This document shows, piece by piece, positions 19,278-29,774 of a stretch of DNA of 64,000 nt (position 1 is the stretch's first letter; each line of letters opens with the position of its first letter). The notes beneath the pieces were generated by a model that worked only from the letters and a program-made list of their open reading frames with translations, made no database searches and had not been told where the DNA came from. Made by a program: the position numbers and the translations under genes. The stretch covers positions 124,001 through 188,000 of the forward strand of contig NC_019972.1 of NCBI RefSeq assembly GCF_000328665.1, given 5' to 3'. Origin of the DNA: Methanomethylovorans hollandica DSM 15978. Lineage in GTDB: Archaea > Halobacteriota > Methanosarcinia > Methanosarcinales > Methanosarcinaceae.

Positions 19278-19931
19278 TTATTGAATATTAACAACGTAAT
19301 AGTTCTTGATATTGGATTCCCTGGTAGTTCCAGTATATGATATGCAATGCCTTGCTACTGCTTTGTCATTTAGATAATTTTGATCCCACACGTTTAGTCC
19401 AGTACTAGAAGGATTGCCATATAGTGCTGTATGACCACTATATACATAGCGACCTTTTGTCGAATCATATATAAAAGTGGCTATCGCTGTTCCAATTGGT
19501 ATAGTTGGGTCTACCTTTCCATTTTTCACAACTGCCCTTCCTCTATACCATGAACCTGTTGCTATATTTGGGGTTTTAGTGACAGCTTTTACAAAAGCTA
19601 CACATTGTCCATCGAAATTTGCTTGTGATGCTGGTCGGCTTGTTACTTCATTCACCTTTATAACATTGGAATATTGCTTGGCTAAAGGGAAATATTTAGA
19701 TATTGCTGTCCGCTTGACAACATCAAAATTAGAAGTGGAGTCATACATGAGGTATTCATGTAAGGGATTTGTTTGGTATGTTTTCCATTGTGCCTGAGAA
19801 CCAGCCAAGAAATTAATATTGGCTGTTGTTGCCTTTAATTCTGCTGCCTGGACTGGTGCAATTGCAATCGCAAATACACACAATAACAAAACACCTATTC
19901 TGGTTATTCCTTCCAACCTTTTTACATTCAT
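19278..19931 (-). CDS. Secreted BPSL0067/Tae2-like papain-fold peptidoglycan amidase/endopeptidase
   Basis: Sec signal peptide (…APVQA|AE); 'GQCVAFVK', 'W..G..V', 'GTAIATF', 'GHTALY', 'VWDQ', 'SN..Y.V' match the BPSL0067-family Cys-His pattern. Confidence 0.75.
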   Translation of the reverse strand: MNVKRLEGITRIGVLLLCVFAIAIAPVQAAELKATTANINFLAGSQAQWKTYQTNPLHEYLMYDSTSNFDVVKRTAISKYFPLAKQYSNVIKVNEVTSRPASQANFDGQCVAFVKAVTKTPNIATGSWYRGRAVVKNGKVDPTIPIGTAIATFIYDSTKGRYVYSGHTALYGNPSSTGLNVWDQNYLNDKAVARHCISYTGTTRESNIKNYYVVNIQ

Positions 19932-20147
19932 ATTTAGTCCTCCTATTCATGCAAGCGCTTCATTAAGTGGATCAGCAGATTTTCATTACAATATACTACC
20001 TTTCCATGATACGCTTGTACTACATTTTGTCTTAGTTCTAATCTCCTCTTTATCGAATACCTATAATAAGGAGAATAGTTGAACAATATCTAGTTATCTC
20101 CATATAGGTATAATTTTAGAATATACTTTATAGTAAATAATCATTTC

Positions 20148-20162
20148 CCTCCATTTTGGAGG
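20148..20162. promoter_or_regulatory. Palindromic motif, copy 1 (candidate operator)
   Basis: CCTCCA-TTT-TGGAGG. Confidence 0.4.
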
Positions 20163-20426
20163 ATAATAGAACATTATATTTCTAATTTTACTTTGGTTGA
20201 TAAAAACAAAGACAACAAATCAGACGAAAAACAAACTGTTCACCAGTTAAAAAAGATATAGAATAGGATAGTTTTCTAATCATCTAAATATATGAATTCA
20301 AAGTGCTCATAATTCACCCTCATCATACGATAAAGAAACCACCACAATAACAAAATAAAAAAAACATTCGAGACTATGCTAAAATTTTATCCGTTTAATT
20401 TAAATAGCATTGAAATGGAGCAAATA

Positions 20427-20443
20427 TCCTCCATTTAGGAGGA
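20427..20443. promoter_or_regulatory. Palindromic motif, copy 2 (candidate operator)
   Basis: TCCTCC-ATTTA-GGAGGA, just upstream of a TATA-like tttattta. Confidence 0.4.
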
Positions 20444-20480
20444 GTAGTTTTATTTACTAATATTACTGTCTGTTTTCTAA

Positions 20481-20984
20481 ATGTATTTAGTAATTTGTAA
20501 TTACGATTCTGATTCAGAAAGAAAGAGAATCGAATATGTATTTAGTAAGTCTTCATCAGAAGCAGATGATGTCAGAAAAATTCAAGGTATTACACGAATA
20601 ATAAATGATAATGATATTGAAAATCTTTTATCAGATCTATACCTACGTACATCCGCACATAACGTTTCAGTATATAAGATCTCCAAAGTTGAAGTGGATA
20701 ACTTACCTGAAACAAGGAAAATCAAATTTCAACTGAACAAATCTAAGGAAGCTGTAGATTCATTTATCAATTATTTATTAGCTCAAAAAAAAGCTATATA
20801 TAAAAACTCTATTGGTAATACAAAATATTATGAATCTGCCACAAGAAGAGGGTATGCACAAATAAGAGTGAATATAAATGAAACACTTGAGTCTGTAGAA
20901 GTTCAAGTTGAAATTAATTCCGAGGAACCAAATAGATCCCATTTAATCAATTTTTTTACTGAAGAAATTGAACTGTTTAGATAA
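20481..20984 (+). CDS. Conserved archaeal-type hypothetical protein with a ferredoxin-like N-terminus
   Basis: 167-aa ORF; 'YD.DSERKRIEY' N-terminal motif. Confidence 0.65.
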   Translation: MYLVICNYDSDSERKRIEYVFSKSSSEADDVRKIQGITRIINDNDIENLLSDLYLRTSAHNVSVYKISKVEVDNLPETRKIKFQLNKSKEAVDSFINYLLAQKKAIYKNSIGNTKYYESATRRGYAQIRVNINETLESVEVQVEINSEEPNRSHLINFFTEEIELFR

Positions 20985-20996
20985 AGTGTCTAAGGA

Positions 20997-21572
20997 TTGA
21001 TAAGAGGTGCCAATGTGAAATATGGTAAAGATGCTAGTTCTGAAAATAGAGAGATTTATATAAGTATTCTAAGTCCTGTCAATGTAGTGTTGAGAAAAGG
21101 GTATCAAGATTTGTTACATGAAGATGATTTTAAAAGAATACTACTCTGGAATAAGTTAGAAGAATCAAGGCAGGTTTTAGAAGAAACTACAAGTATTAGT
21201 TTGGATGAATATCATCATTTTGAAAATAAAATTGCTTTGGCACGGTTAAAGTTAGCTACTACTTTTCATAATAATAGCGATTTTTCTAATATAACAAAAA
21301 ATTTTACTGAACATGAATTTGAATTTTTTTTGATAATTGAAGAGTTTCGTATTTTTGATAGTTATTCAATTGAGGAAATTAAAAAAAATATTAAATCTAA
21401 AGACAGTAAAATATACGAATCAATCAAGAGCCATGTTGAGAAAATGAAAATTTCTAGCTACAAAATATTTGAGAACTATGAAATAAGAGAATCAATTGCT
21501 CACGCCATCAATGATTCTTATAAGGAAAGAACAGAAAAAATAGAGACGGCTTTAGTTGAATATCTATACTAA
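20997..21572 (+). CDS. Hypothetical helical protein, possibly truncated
   Basis: 191-aa ORF 12 bp downstream of the previous gene; GAGGTG RBS suggests a GTG start at ~21015. Confidence 0.6.
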   Translation: MIRGANVKYGKDASSENREIYISILSPVNVVLRKGYQDLLHEDDFKRILLWNKLEESRQVLEETTSISLDEYHHFENKIALARLKLATTFHNNSDFSNITKNFTEHEFEFFLIIEEFRIFDSYSIEEIKKNIKSKDSKIYESIKSHVEKMKISSYKIFENYEIRESIAHAINDSYKERTEKIETALVEYLY

Positions 21573-21604
21573 AAATATCTTGATTTTATTTAATTTATAA
21601 ATAT

Positions 21605-23005
21605 ATGGGTGGGAAGATGGATAAAATGGGTCAAGGAAACAATCGAAATCGGGAACTAGCCGCCTTAGATATTATACAAACCCTCAATATACTGAAAGAG
21701 AAATGTTCTACGAATCAGAACGTTTTTTCTATATGCCTTACTCTTGATATACTATCTTCTAAGTTAACCAATAAGACTAGTTTAAAGAATATTGATGTAT
21801 TAAAAAGTATGTTAGTGTCGACTTATGATGATTCTGATGTTCCAAAAGAATACGATAAAAAAAAGATAGTTGAGGTATGTAATTTCATAGAAGAGACATA
21901 TAAATCCAATCTCATTCATGAGGTAATTGATAATATTGATAATAAATACAATTCAAACTTCATTGAAGAAAAAGAAATGAAACACAATACCCAGTGTGTA
22001 GAGTGTAAAAATACGATAGATTCAGCAAATAGATTACTAATTTGTAAGGACTGTGGCGCACATTTTTGTGAAACATGTGAAACTTGGTTCAGAGGATCGA
22101 GAAAAGCTGGTGAATCGCCATTATGTAAAAAATGTTTCAACCCAAATGAAAGTCAAATATCTCAAATTAAAAAAATATTTAATAGGAAGAAACCATTCAG
22201 CATTATATTAACTGTAATAATAATGTTGTGTATTATTGGGATTATACTAAATGGTATAGGGTTTTTGCAGATTAATATAAAAGAAAATCAAACACAAAAT
22301 TTGAGCTCACAGCATGAACTGGTAAATAAGTTCGGAATGCACTTTATATTAGTTCCGAAAGGAAGCTTTTTAATGGGTTCCGAGTTAGATAGCAGCGAAA
22401 AGCCAGTCAGAGAGGTCACTTTTACAAAACAATTCTACATCGGCAAATATGAAATTACTCAACAACAATGGACTAATATAACTGGTACTAAAAATCCTTC
22501 TTATTTCCAACTACCTAACATTGGACAGATGGAAACTAATAGGCCTGTAGAAAATGTAACATGGAGTATGGCTCAAGAGTTCATTGCTAAATTGAATGAA
22601 AAAGATCCAACTCATAAATATCGTTTACCTACCGAGGCAGAATGGGAATATGCTTGTAGAGCTGGAACAAATGAAGAAAACGAATTTGACTTAGCTGATT
22701 ATGGTTGGTACAAAGAGAATTCAGGTTTTGAAACACATATAGTAGGCAGTAAACTGCCAAATGCTTGGGGTATCTATGATATGCATGGGAATGTAATCGA
22801 ATGGGTACAAGATAAGTGGCATTGGAATTACGATGGTGCTCCGATCGATGGTAGTGCTTGGGAAGATGGTAATAGTTCCGCTAGGGTAGGAAGGGGTGGG
22901 AGCAATAGCTGTGAGTCCATATGGTGTAGGTCGGCTTTTCGTAATGGATACGAACCCAACGTCACCGATGGAAGCTATGGTTTTCGTTTAGTAATGGAAA
23001 TCTAA
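21605..23005 (+). CDS. Zn-finger/TM/FGE-sulfatase (SUMF1, C-type-lectin fold) domain protein
   Basis: Four CxxC pairs, one TM helix, 'GSFLMGS', 'RLPTEAEWEYACRAG', 'PNAWGIYDMHGNVIEWV', 'RGGS', 'GFRLV'. Confidence 0.88.
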   Translation: MGGKMDKMGQGNNRNRELAALDIIQTLNILKEKCSTNQNVFSICLTLDILSSKLTNKTSLKNIDVLKSMLVSTYDDSDVPKEYDKKKIVEVCNFIEETYKSNLIHEVIDNIDNKYNSNFIEEKEMKHNTQCVECKNTIDSANRLLICKDCGAHFCETCETWFRGSRKAGESPLCKKCFNPNESQISQIKKIFNRKKPFSIILTVIIMLCIIGIILNGIGFLQINIKENQTQNLSSQHELVNKFGMHFILVPKGSFLMGSELDSSEKPVREVTFTKQFYIGKYEITQQQWTNITGTKNPSYFQLPNIGQMETNRPVENVTWSMAQEFIAKLNEKDPTHKYRLPTEAEWEYACRAGTNEENEFDLADYGWYKENSGFETHIVGSKLPNAWGIYDMHGNVIEWVQDKWHWNYDGAPIDGSAWEDGNSSARVGRGGSNSCESIWCRSAFRNGYEPNVTDGSYGFRLVMEI

Positions 23006-23099
23006 TAACTAATGATAATATAACCATGCTGATTTCAGCAATGATGTTTAAAATACCTCGCAAAAACTCAAAAAAATACCATCCCAAATTTAACTATAT

Positions 23100-23142
23100 C
23101 TACATGAAAAAAAGGCAGAGCGAATGTATATTCGCTCATATG
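23100..23142 (-). terminator. Palindrome plus T-tract downstream of the DNRLRE gene
   Basis: GAGCGAATGTATATTCGCTC at 23118-23137; block nearly identical to 16416-16458. Confidence 0.55.
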
Positions 23143-26100
23143 TTAATGTGATATAGTTAACTTAGGTCTCTGTGCAGCATTTGATGCCTCAGAACTGTAG
23201 AATGCAATGTAATTTCCGCTTTCTGTCTTTGCCTTGAGGAAGAATCCAGTGTTCTTGTATTTACCACTTACATATTCCTGCACGAGCTGAGTTACATCAA
23301 AATCATAGTACTTGTTACCAGGTACTGTTCCAGCTGGGAATGTTATTGATGCGTAAGGTGCAGTACCCTGAGCAACTGCGTTCTTATCATACCAGCTTCC
23401 TCCTGCATTGTTCCATGAAGTTCCAGAAATTCTAGAATTCCAGGTCACATACTTTGGATCCCATTCCACTGGTCTGTAGACCTCAACTACAGTGTCAGAA
23501 GTACGTGTCTTACCTGCCGGGTAATACCAATAGAGAGACAGAGCTGCTTTGGATATGGTATCTGTGGTTTTGTAGCTGCTCAGATCGAACATCATTACCT
23601 CTCTTGCAGTAGATGAACTACGTCCAATATCAAGATAGGTGGTTGTAGAAAGTACAGTGGTTGGAGTATCTGAACGCAATCTGTTGTCATATAGAGGTGC
23701 ATAAGAAACTGAGCTTACTGGATTACTGACAGTTACCTGCAGTGTGTCTGTAGACTTTTGTCCGGAAGTATCTGTAACTGTAAGTGTTACAATGTAAGTG
23801 CCTATAGCCGTGTATGTTTTCGAAGCTGTCTTTGTAGTCGCATCAGCAGTTATGCCATTTGATTGATCAAAGTCCCATGAATAAGAAGTTATACCTTTGT
23901 CATCAGTTGAAGCACTGGCATCAAATGTCACAGCTGAACCTACTGTCGCAGTCTTATCGTCACCTGCATTTGCGATTGGCGGGTTATCGACTGAACTACT
24001 GACAACTACTTTCATTGTATCCGTAGCTTTCTGTCCAGCAGTGTCTGTGACTGTAAGCGTGACAGTATATGTTCCTGTGCCAGTGTATACGTGGGTAGCT
24101 GTGATTCCACTGGCTTCTGAAGCGATACCATTTGATACATCGAAATCCCACGAATAAGATGCAATTCCCTTATCATCAGTAGACAGGCCTGCATCAAAAT
24201 TAACCATAGAGTTTGTTGTGGCAGTTTTATCAGCCCCTGCATTTGCAACCGGCGGATTATCTACCGCAGTTGATCCTGAAACTGAAGTTACTGTTAACTT
24301 TGGCCTCATCGCAGAGTTTGAATATTCTGAGCTATAGAACGCAATGTAATTGCCACCCTCAGTTTTTGCTTTCAGGAAGAAACCTGTGTTCTTGTATTTG
24401 CCACTTGCATATTCCTGTACAAGCTGTGTAACATCAAATTCGTAGTATTTGTTATCAGGCATTGAACTACCTGCAAAGGTCATTGATGCATAAGGTGTAG
24501 TTCCCTGAGCAATTGCATTTTTATCGAACCAGTTTCCACCTGCAGTGGCCCAGGGAGTGCCAGACATTCTGGAATTCCAGGTCACATATTTTGGGTCCCA
24601 TTCCACTGGTCTATATATTTCAACGACTGTATCTGATGTACGAGTAGCACCTGCAGGATAATACCAATAGAGTGACAGAGTAGCTTTTGATATTGTGTCG
24701 GTTGTTTTATAGCTACTTAGATCGAACATCATCACATCTCTATAACTGGAAGTAGTTTTTCCAATGTCTACATAGGTGGTAGTGGAAAGCACAGTAGTTG
24801 GAGATGACTCACGTATTCTATTGTCATATGTCGGCGCATATGTAACTGTGCTTGCTGGTGTTGTTGCAGCACTTACAATTACCTGTACCGTATCCGTAGA
24901 CTTCTGACCAATTGTATCAGTGACAGTAAGTGTTACAGTGTAAGTTCCAGCTGCAGTATATGTCTTTATAGCACTCACTGTGTTTGATTCGGAAGTTATG
25001 CCATTTGATGAATCGAAATCCCATGAATAAGATGCTATGCCCTTATCATCAGTAGACAGGCTTGCATCAAATGTGACAACAGAGCCCGCAACTGCAGTTT
25101 TATCGGCTCCTGCATTTGCAACAGGAACAGTATCTGTGGAAGTAGAGCCTGAAGTAGATGTTATAGTTAACTTTGGTTTCATTGCAGCGTTTGAATATTC
25201 TGAGCTATAGAACGCAATATAATTGCCGCTTTCTGTTTTTGCCTTTATAAAAAAACCAGTGTTCTTATACTTGCCACTGACATACTCCTGTACAAGCTGA
25301 GTGACATCAAAATCATAGTATTTATTGTCAGGAACTTTGCTACCTGCAAATGTCAATGAAGCATATGGTGTAGCACCCTGAGAAACTCCATTTTTATCAA
25401 ACCAGTTACCTCCTCTGTTTGTCCATGCCACACCTGACATTCTGGAGTTCCATGTCACATATTTCGGATCCCATTCAACTGGCCTGTAAATCTCAACTAC
25501 AGTATCAGATGCACGAGTAGCACCTGCTGGATAATACCAGTAGAGTGAAAGAGTTGCTTTGGAGATCGTATCTGTTGTCTTGTACTTGCTGAGGTCGAAT
25601 AGCATTACATCTCTGCAAGTAGCTGATGTCTTTCCAACATCAAGATATGTAGTAGTGGAAAGAACAGAAGTTGCTGATAGATCCCGTAGTCGGTTGTCAT
25701 AGAGAGGTGTGTAAGAGAGAGTGGTTGGAGTTGCTGCGGGTTTAACAACTACCTGTAATGTGTCTGAGGAAATCTGTCCACTTGTGTCAGTCACAGTAAG
25801 TGTGACAGTATAGGTTCCTGCAGTTGTATATGTCTTTGTTGCAGTTATGCCACTTGCTTCGGAAGTTATACCATTTGACTCATCAAAATCCCAAGAATAA
25901 GATGTGATACCTATATCGTCAGTTGATGTACTGGCATCGAAAGTTACAGCAGAACCAGTTGTGGTATTCTTATCAGTTCCTGCATTCGCAACTGGTGGGT
26001 TATCAACAGAACTTGAAGGGAGATCCGCACGAATAATGTAAAGGTCACCAGCAGCTAGATATACATAATTTCCCGATACTTCAACATCCGTTGAAAAACT

Positions 26101-28968
26101 TCCAATATCATAAATACCCATAATTTTTGGTGATGATGGATCACTGATATTTATAATCCTAAGACCGCTATACTGCCCGGTGACGTAGACATAATTTCCA
26201 TCTACAGCAATATCCTGTAAAGTATCCTGTGAATAATCAGTAATGTAGCTGCCTACAAGTGTTGGTGATGAAGGATTATTCACATCCACAATCTCAAGAT
26301 TATTGTAGCTACCGATATAATTGTTTACAGCTATATAGGCATAATTGTTTGCTATAGCAACATCTTTTACAGAGCCACCAGCAGGGTATATACCAACAAG
26401 TTTTGGAGAGGCAGGATTTCTAATATCCACAATTTCAAGATAACCAGAACCACTGTTATAATTATTTACAGCTATGTATGCATAATTACCTTCTATAGCA
26501 ATGTCTCCTCCAGAACCACCAGCATTAGTATAGCTTCCTACACGTCTTGGTGATGATGGGTTGGTGATGTCAACAATATCAAGATAACCACGGTTAACAT
26601 CATTGAAGTAAAAGTTATTGGTTACGTATGCATAGTTGCCTGATACTGCAACACCTGTTATATCCAAATCAGTATCATAAGTGCCTATAAGTGTCGGTGA
26701 TGATGGATTACTTACATCCACAATTTCAAGACCGTCGTCATCGCCTATATATGCATAATTACCTACTATGACGATATCCCATGCAACAGTGCTATAAGTG
26801 CTGCTCATAAGCTTTGGAGAGGATAGGTCTTTTATATCTACAATGGAAAGATAATGATTGCTAGCTACGTTATCGTTCAGTAAGTAGGCATAGTTTCCTG
26901 ATACAGCGACAGAGTGTGCTGAACCATACCTGTTATAATAATTCCCAGCAATAGTTGGAGAGGATGGATTGCTAATGTCAACAATGGAAAAACCAGTATA
27001 TGCTTCATCATCATCATCACCAATTACATATGCATATTTGCCTGCTACAACAATATGATTATTGGATTCAGCACCAGCACCACTACTGCCTACTATTTCT
27101 GGTGATGACGGATTATTGACATCATAAATAAATATGTCACCCCCTCCATTGTAAACTACATATGCATAATTTCCTACTACAGCAATATCAGATGCACTAA
27201 GATACTCTTGATAATAACTGCTCTTAAGAGTTGGTGATGATGGATTACTTATATCAACAATTGAAAATCCAGCATTATAATTATTAGAATCAAAGGTAAT
27301 TAAATACGCGTAATTGCCTGCTACAGTAACCTTCTCTACAGAACCATCAGCATTAGTATAGATGCCCACAAGTCTTGAAGATGATGGAGTTCTGACATCT
27401 ATAATATCGAGATTATTGCCATTAGTTAAATATACATAATTTCCTGCTACAGCAATATCTCCAATACTGCCAGAAGCATCATAACTGCCTGCAAGCTTTG
27501 GTGATGAAGGATTTGTAATATCTATAATCAAAAGAGAACTGCTGTAGCTACTATCTGAATAGATGCTATTGATTATATAGGCATAATTGCCAGATAAAAC
27601 AACATCTTCTGCATCATCAGTATCATAATTCCCTACTATTTTTGGTGACGTTGGAGTGCTTATATCTACAATAAGAATACCCTTGTCAGAATCGGCAATG
27701 TAAGCATAATTTCCCGCTACAGCAATATCTTTGATAGAAGATGGTGTAAGAACCCTACCCACTTCTGATGGATTTGAAACATTAGTAATATCTACTACAG
27801 CAAGAGTTCTCCCTTCGCCAATGTATGCATAATTTCCTGACACTGCCATATATTTAATATATCCACCAAACAGGCCAACTAAGTCTATGTTAATCTCATC
27901 TGTTGTTGTTGATGTTACTGCTTGATCACTTACAGTTGTAGGATTGACGTTCCCGTTGTTATCTACAGTTTGGATACCTATTCTGTGTACCGTTCCTTCT
28001 GCAAAACCTGTTGCGTTATATGACTGGCCGGTCGTGGTTGTAATAAATGTTCCATCGATGTAAATCATTACAAAGCTAAAATCTGTAGTTGGGTTAGTCC
28101 ATGTCCAGTTTATCCAGCTTGTTCCAGTAGCACTTTCTTTAAGATTAGTAGCAGAATCAACTCCGGTTTCTATAGCTGAATCGAATGTTATTTCAGCTGC
28201 TTGGAGGGTAATTAATGCCTGGTTTACTTGAGTTTGTGTTGCAGTTGTACTGTAAGCAACTGTCTGTGCAGTTGCAATTGCTGCCCGAAAAGCATCTATT
28301 GCTGTTTGTGGATACTGCCCAATTCCAGTTCCTGCTACTGCAGCAGCTATTTTTGTATCTGCAGATGTAATGGATGCTGTCAATGCAGCTTTATCAATGG
28401 ATGTGATTCTTGAAACATCAAATATTGTTTGAGCTGCTTGCAGAGTAGTAACAGCCTGATTAATCTGTGTTTGCGTTGCGGTTGTACTATCAGCAACAGT
28501 TTGTGCGGTATTTATTGCTGTCTGGAATGTAGTTATTGCAGATTGTGGGTATTGTCCTATCTCTGTCCCTGCAACGGCAGTACTTACTTTTGTGTTAGCT
28601 GTAGTAATTGCTGCATTCAGAGCAGTTTTGTCCAATGCAATAACGTTGATATTTATAGTCTTACTTATAGTTTCGCCATTAGCTTCTGCATGAAATATTA
28701 CGCTGTAAGGACTTTCAGCTGCAGTACCAGTAGCTGGTGCCCAGCTGAAAGTGTTTGAAGCAAAATTAGCTCCTGTTGGAAGTGTTGCTTGATCAACTGT
28801 TATTATGGCATTAATGTCATCAGTAGCCACAGTAAAACTCAGTAGACTGTTCTCAGTAACTGTTTGATCACCAGTTGTAATTGTAAGTGCAGAGCCGATT
28901 CCTGCTGTCATCAAAAGGGAAAATAATATAATGCCTAAAAAGAGCAGGCGATTCAGTCTTATTTGCAT
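23143..28968 (-). CDS. Large secreted surface protein: FIVAR-like repeats, Fn3-like domain, LVIVD beta-propeller repeats, PKD domains and three DNRLRE domains
   Basis: Signal peptide; many 'V.V.GNYAY…L.IVDISNPSSP' repeats; PKD and DNRLRE repeats; ORF extends to 28980. Confidence 0.9.
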   Translation of the reverse strand: MQIRLNRLLFLGIILFSLLMTAGIGSALTITTGDQTVTENSLLSFTVATDDINAIITVDQATLPTGANFASNTFSWAPATGTAAESPYSVIFHAEANGETISKTININVIALDKTALNAAITTANTKVSTAVAGTEIGQYPQSAITTFQTAINTAQTVADSTTATQTQINQAVTTLQAAQTIFDVSRITSIDKAALTASITSADTKIAAAVAGTGIGQYPQTAIDAFRAAIATAQTVAYSTTATQTQVNQALITLQAAEITFDSAIETGVDSATNLKESATGTSWINWTWTNPTTDFSFVMIYIDGTFITTTTGQSYNATGFAEGTVHRIGIQTVDNNGNVNPTTVSDQAVTSTTTDEINIDLVGLFGGYIKYMAVSGNYAYIGEGRTLAVVDITNVSNPSEVGRVLTPSSIKDIAVAGNYAYIADSDKGILIVDISTPTSPKIVGNYDTDDAEDVVLSGNYAYIINSIYSDSSYSSSLLIIDITNPSSPKLAGSYDASGSIGDIAVAGNYVYLTNGNNLDIIDVRTPSSSRLVGIYTNADGSVEKVTVAGNYAYLITFDSNNYNAGFSIVDISNPSSPTLKSSYYQEYLSASDIAVVGNYAYVVYNGGGDIFIYDVNNPSSPEIVGSSGAGAESNNHIVVAGKYAYVIGDDDDEAYTGFSIVDISNPSSPTIAGNYYNRYGSAHSVAVSGNYAYLLNDNVASNHYLSIVDIKDLSSPKLMSSTYSTVAWDIVIVGNYAYIGDDDGLEIVDVSNPSSPTLIGTYDTDLDITGVAVSGNYAYVTNNFYFNDVNRGYLDIVDITNPSSPRRVGSYTNAGGSGGDIAIEGNYAYIAVNNYNSGSGYLEIVDIRNPASPKLVGIYPAGGSVKDVAIANNYAYIAVNNYIGSYNNLEIVDVNNPSSPTLVGSYITDYSQDTLQDIAVDGNYVYVTGQYSGLRIINISDPSSPKIMGIYDIGSFSTDVEVSGNYVYLAAGDLYIIRADLPSSSVDNPPVANAGTDKNTTTGSAVTFDASTSTDDIGITSYSWDFDESNGITSEASGITATKTYTTAGTYTVTLTVTDTSGQISSDTLQVVVKPAATPTTLSYTPLYDNRLRDLSATSVLSTTTYLDVGKTSATCRDVMLFDLSKYKTTDTISKATLSLYWYYPAGATRASDTVVEIYRPVEWDPKYVTWNSRMSGVAWTNRGGNWFDKNGVSQGATPYASLTFAGSKVPDNKYYDFDVTQLVQEYVSGKYKNTGFFIKAKTESGNYIAFYSSEYSNAAMKPKLTITSTSGSTSTDTVPVANAGADKTAVAGSVVTFDASLSTDDKGIASYSWDFDSSNGITSESNTVSAIKTYTAAGTYTVTLTVTDTIGQKSTDTVQVIVSAATTPASTVTYAPTYDNRIRESSPTTVLSTTTYVDIGKTTSSYRDVMMFDLSSYKTTDTISKATLSLYWYYPAGATRTSDTVVEIYRPVEWDPKYVTWNSRMSGTPWATAGGNWFDKNAIAQGTTPYASMTFAGSSMPDNKYYEFDVTQLVQEYASGKYKNTGFFLKAKTEGGNYIAFYSSEYSNSAMRPKLTVTSVSGSTAVDNPPVANAGADKTATTNSMVNFDAGLSTDDKGIASYSWDFDVSNGIASEASGITATHVYTGTGTYTVTLTVTDTAGQKATDTMKVVVSSSVDNPPIANAGDDKTATVGSAVTFDASASTDDKGITSYSWDFDQSNGITADATTKTASKTYTAIGTYIVTLTVTDTSGQKSTDTLQVTVSNPVSSVSYAPLYDNRLRSDTPTTVLSTTTYLDIGRSSSTAREVMMFDLSSYKTTDTISKAALSLYWYYPAGKTRTSDTVVEVYRPVEWDPKYVTWNSRISGTSWNNAGGSWYDKNAVAQGTAPYASITFPAGTVPGNKYYDFDVTQLVQEYVSGKYKNTGFFLKAKTESGNYIAFYSSEASNAAQRPKLTISH

Positions 28969-29114
28969 TTGTACCACCAATCTATTGTAAACAAATATGA
29001 TCCTCTTTTTTTGTTGAATAATCGTCGATAATTACAGTTGAGTATTATTTAAACTTTGTTTAAAAGTTCGAGTAAAGATAATATATTAACTTAGTGATGC
29101 ATCGTTGATTACGT

Positions 29115-29200
29115 GTGAACTACCACTCAGCTAAAGACTGAGCAGCTTCCTGTTTCATTCCTTGAATCATCGTTTACAAAATCCAGCATATTAACGCTTT
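29115..29200 (-). mobile_element. Orphan IS200/IS605 right end (tnpB 3' end/omegaRNA-like remnant)
   Basis: Minus strand AATGAAACAGGAAGC-hairpin-TGGTAGTTCAC matches the right end of the complete element at 34143-34184. Confidence 0.7.
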
Positions 29201-29368
29201 GTCAATCGAAAGAAACTAAACCATATTGCCCTTGGAAAGAAATTAATGCAAAAAATTACATAATAAAAATATATTTTGATTGGCAATTTTTATTAAGTAT
29301 GTTTAAATAGTACCTTACCCCATATAATTTTATGGGTATTCGCTAAGGTAGCTGTAAGTTCCCTATAA

Positions 29369-29725
29369 ATGGTGGAGAGGGAGTGTATGCAAATCAGATC
29401 GATTAGATCGATCTATTCTGGAATAGTATTGATGTTCCTGCTACTGACTGCAGGAATCAATTCCGAAAATTATGTTAATGTGGATTTCATCAGTTTTTTT
29501 GACGGAGATGTCTTCGGTGTTGATGTAGATGGGGACTATGCATATATTGGCGAAGGCCAGGACCATGTAGTGCTGGATCTCACTGATTTATCCAAACCAT
29601 CAGAAGTAATGGGAACAATTACTCCACCAGAAGTGCTTGATTTTGCCGTAGAAAGTGATTGTGTCTATGTGTCCGGCGATGGTCTTTTGATCGTGGATAT
29701 CACTGCTCCCCCCCAACATATTTGA
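29369..29725 (+). pseudogene. Truncated LVIVD-repeat surface protein
   Basis: Signal peptide similar to the 23143..28968 protein, followed by only two LVIVD repeats. Confidence 0.6.
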
Positions 29726-29774
29726 TTTTTTATATAAGTATGGAATGAGTTATAGGTAAAGGAATGGTAGTAAA

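Noticed and set aside
15226..20984. CRISPR-Cas locus (Csa3-like gene plus a Cas2-like 'YD' start at 20481)
   Set aside because: No repeat-spacer array or other cas genes were seen; the 167-aa protein is too long for Cas2 and matches only superficially
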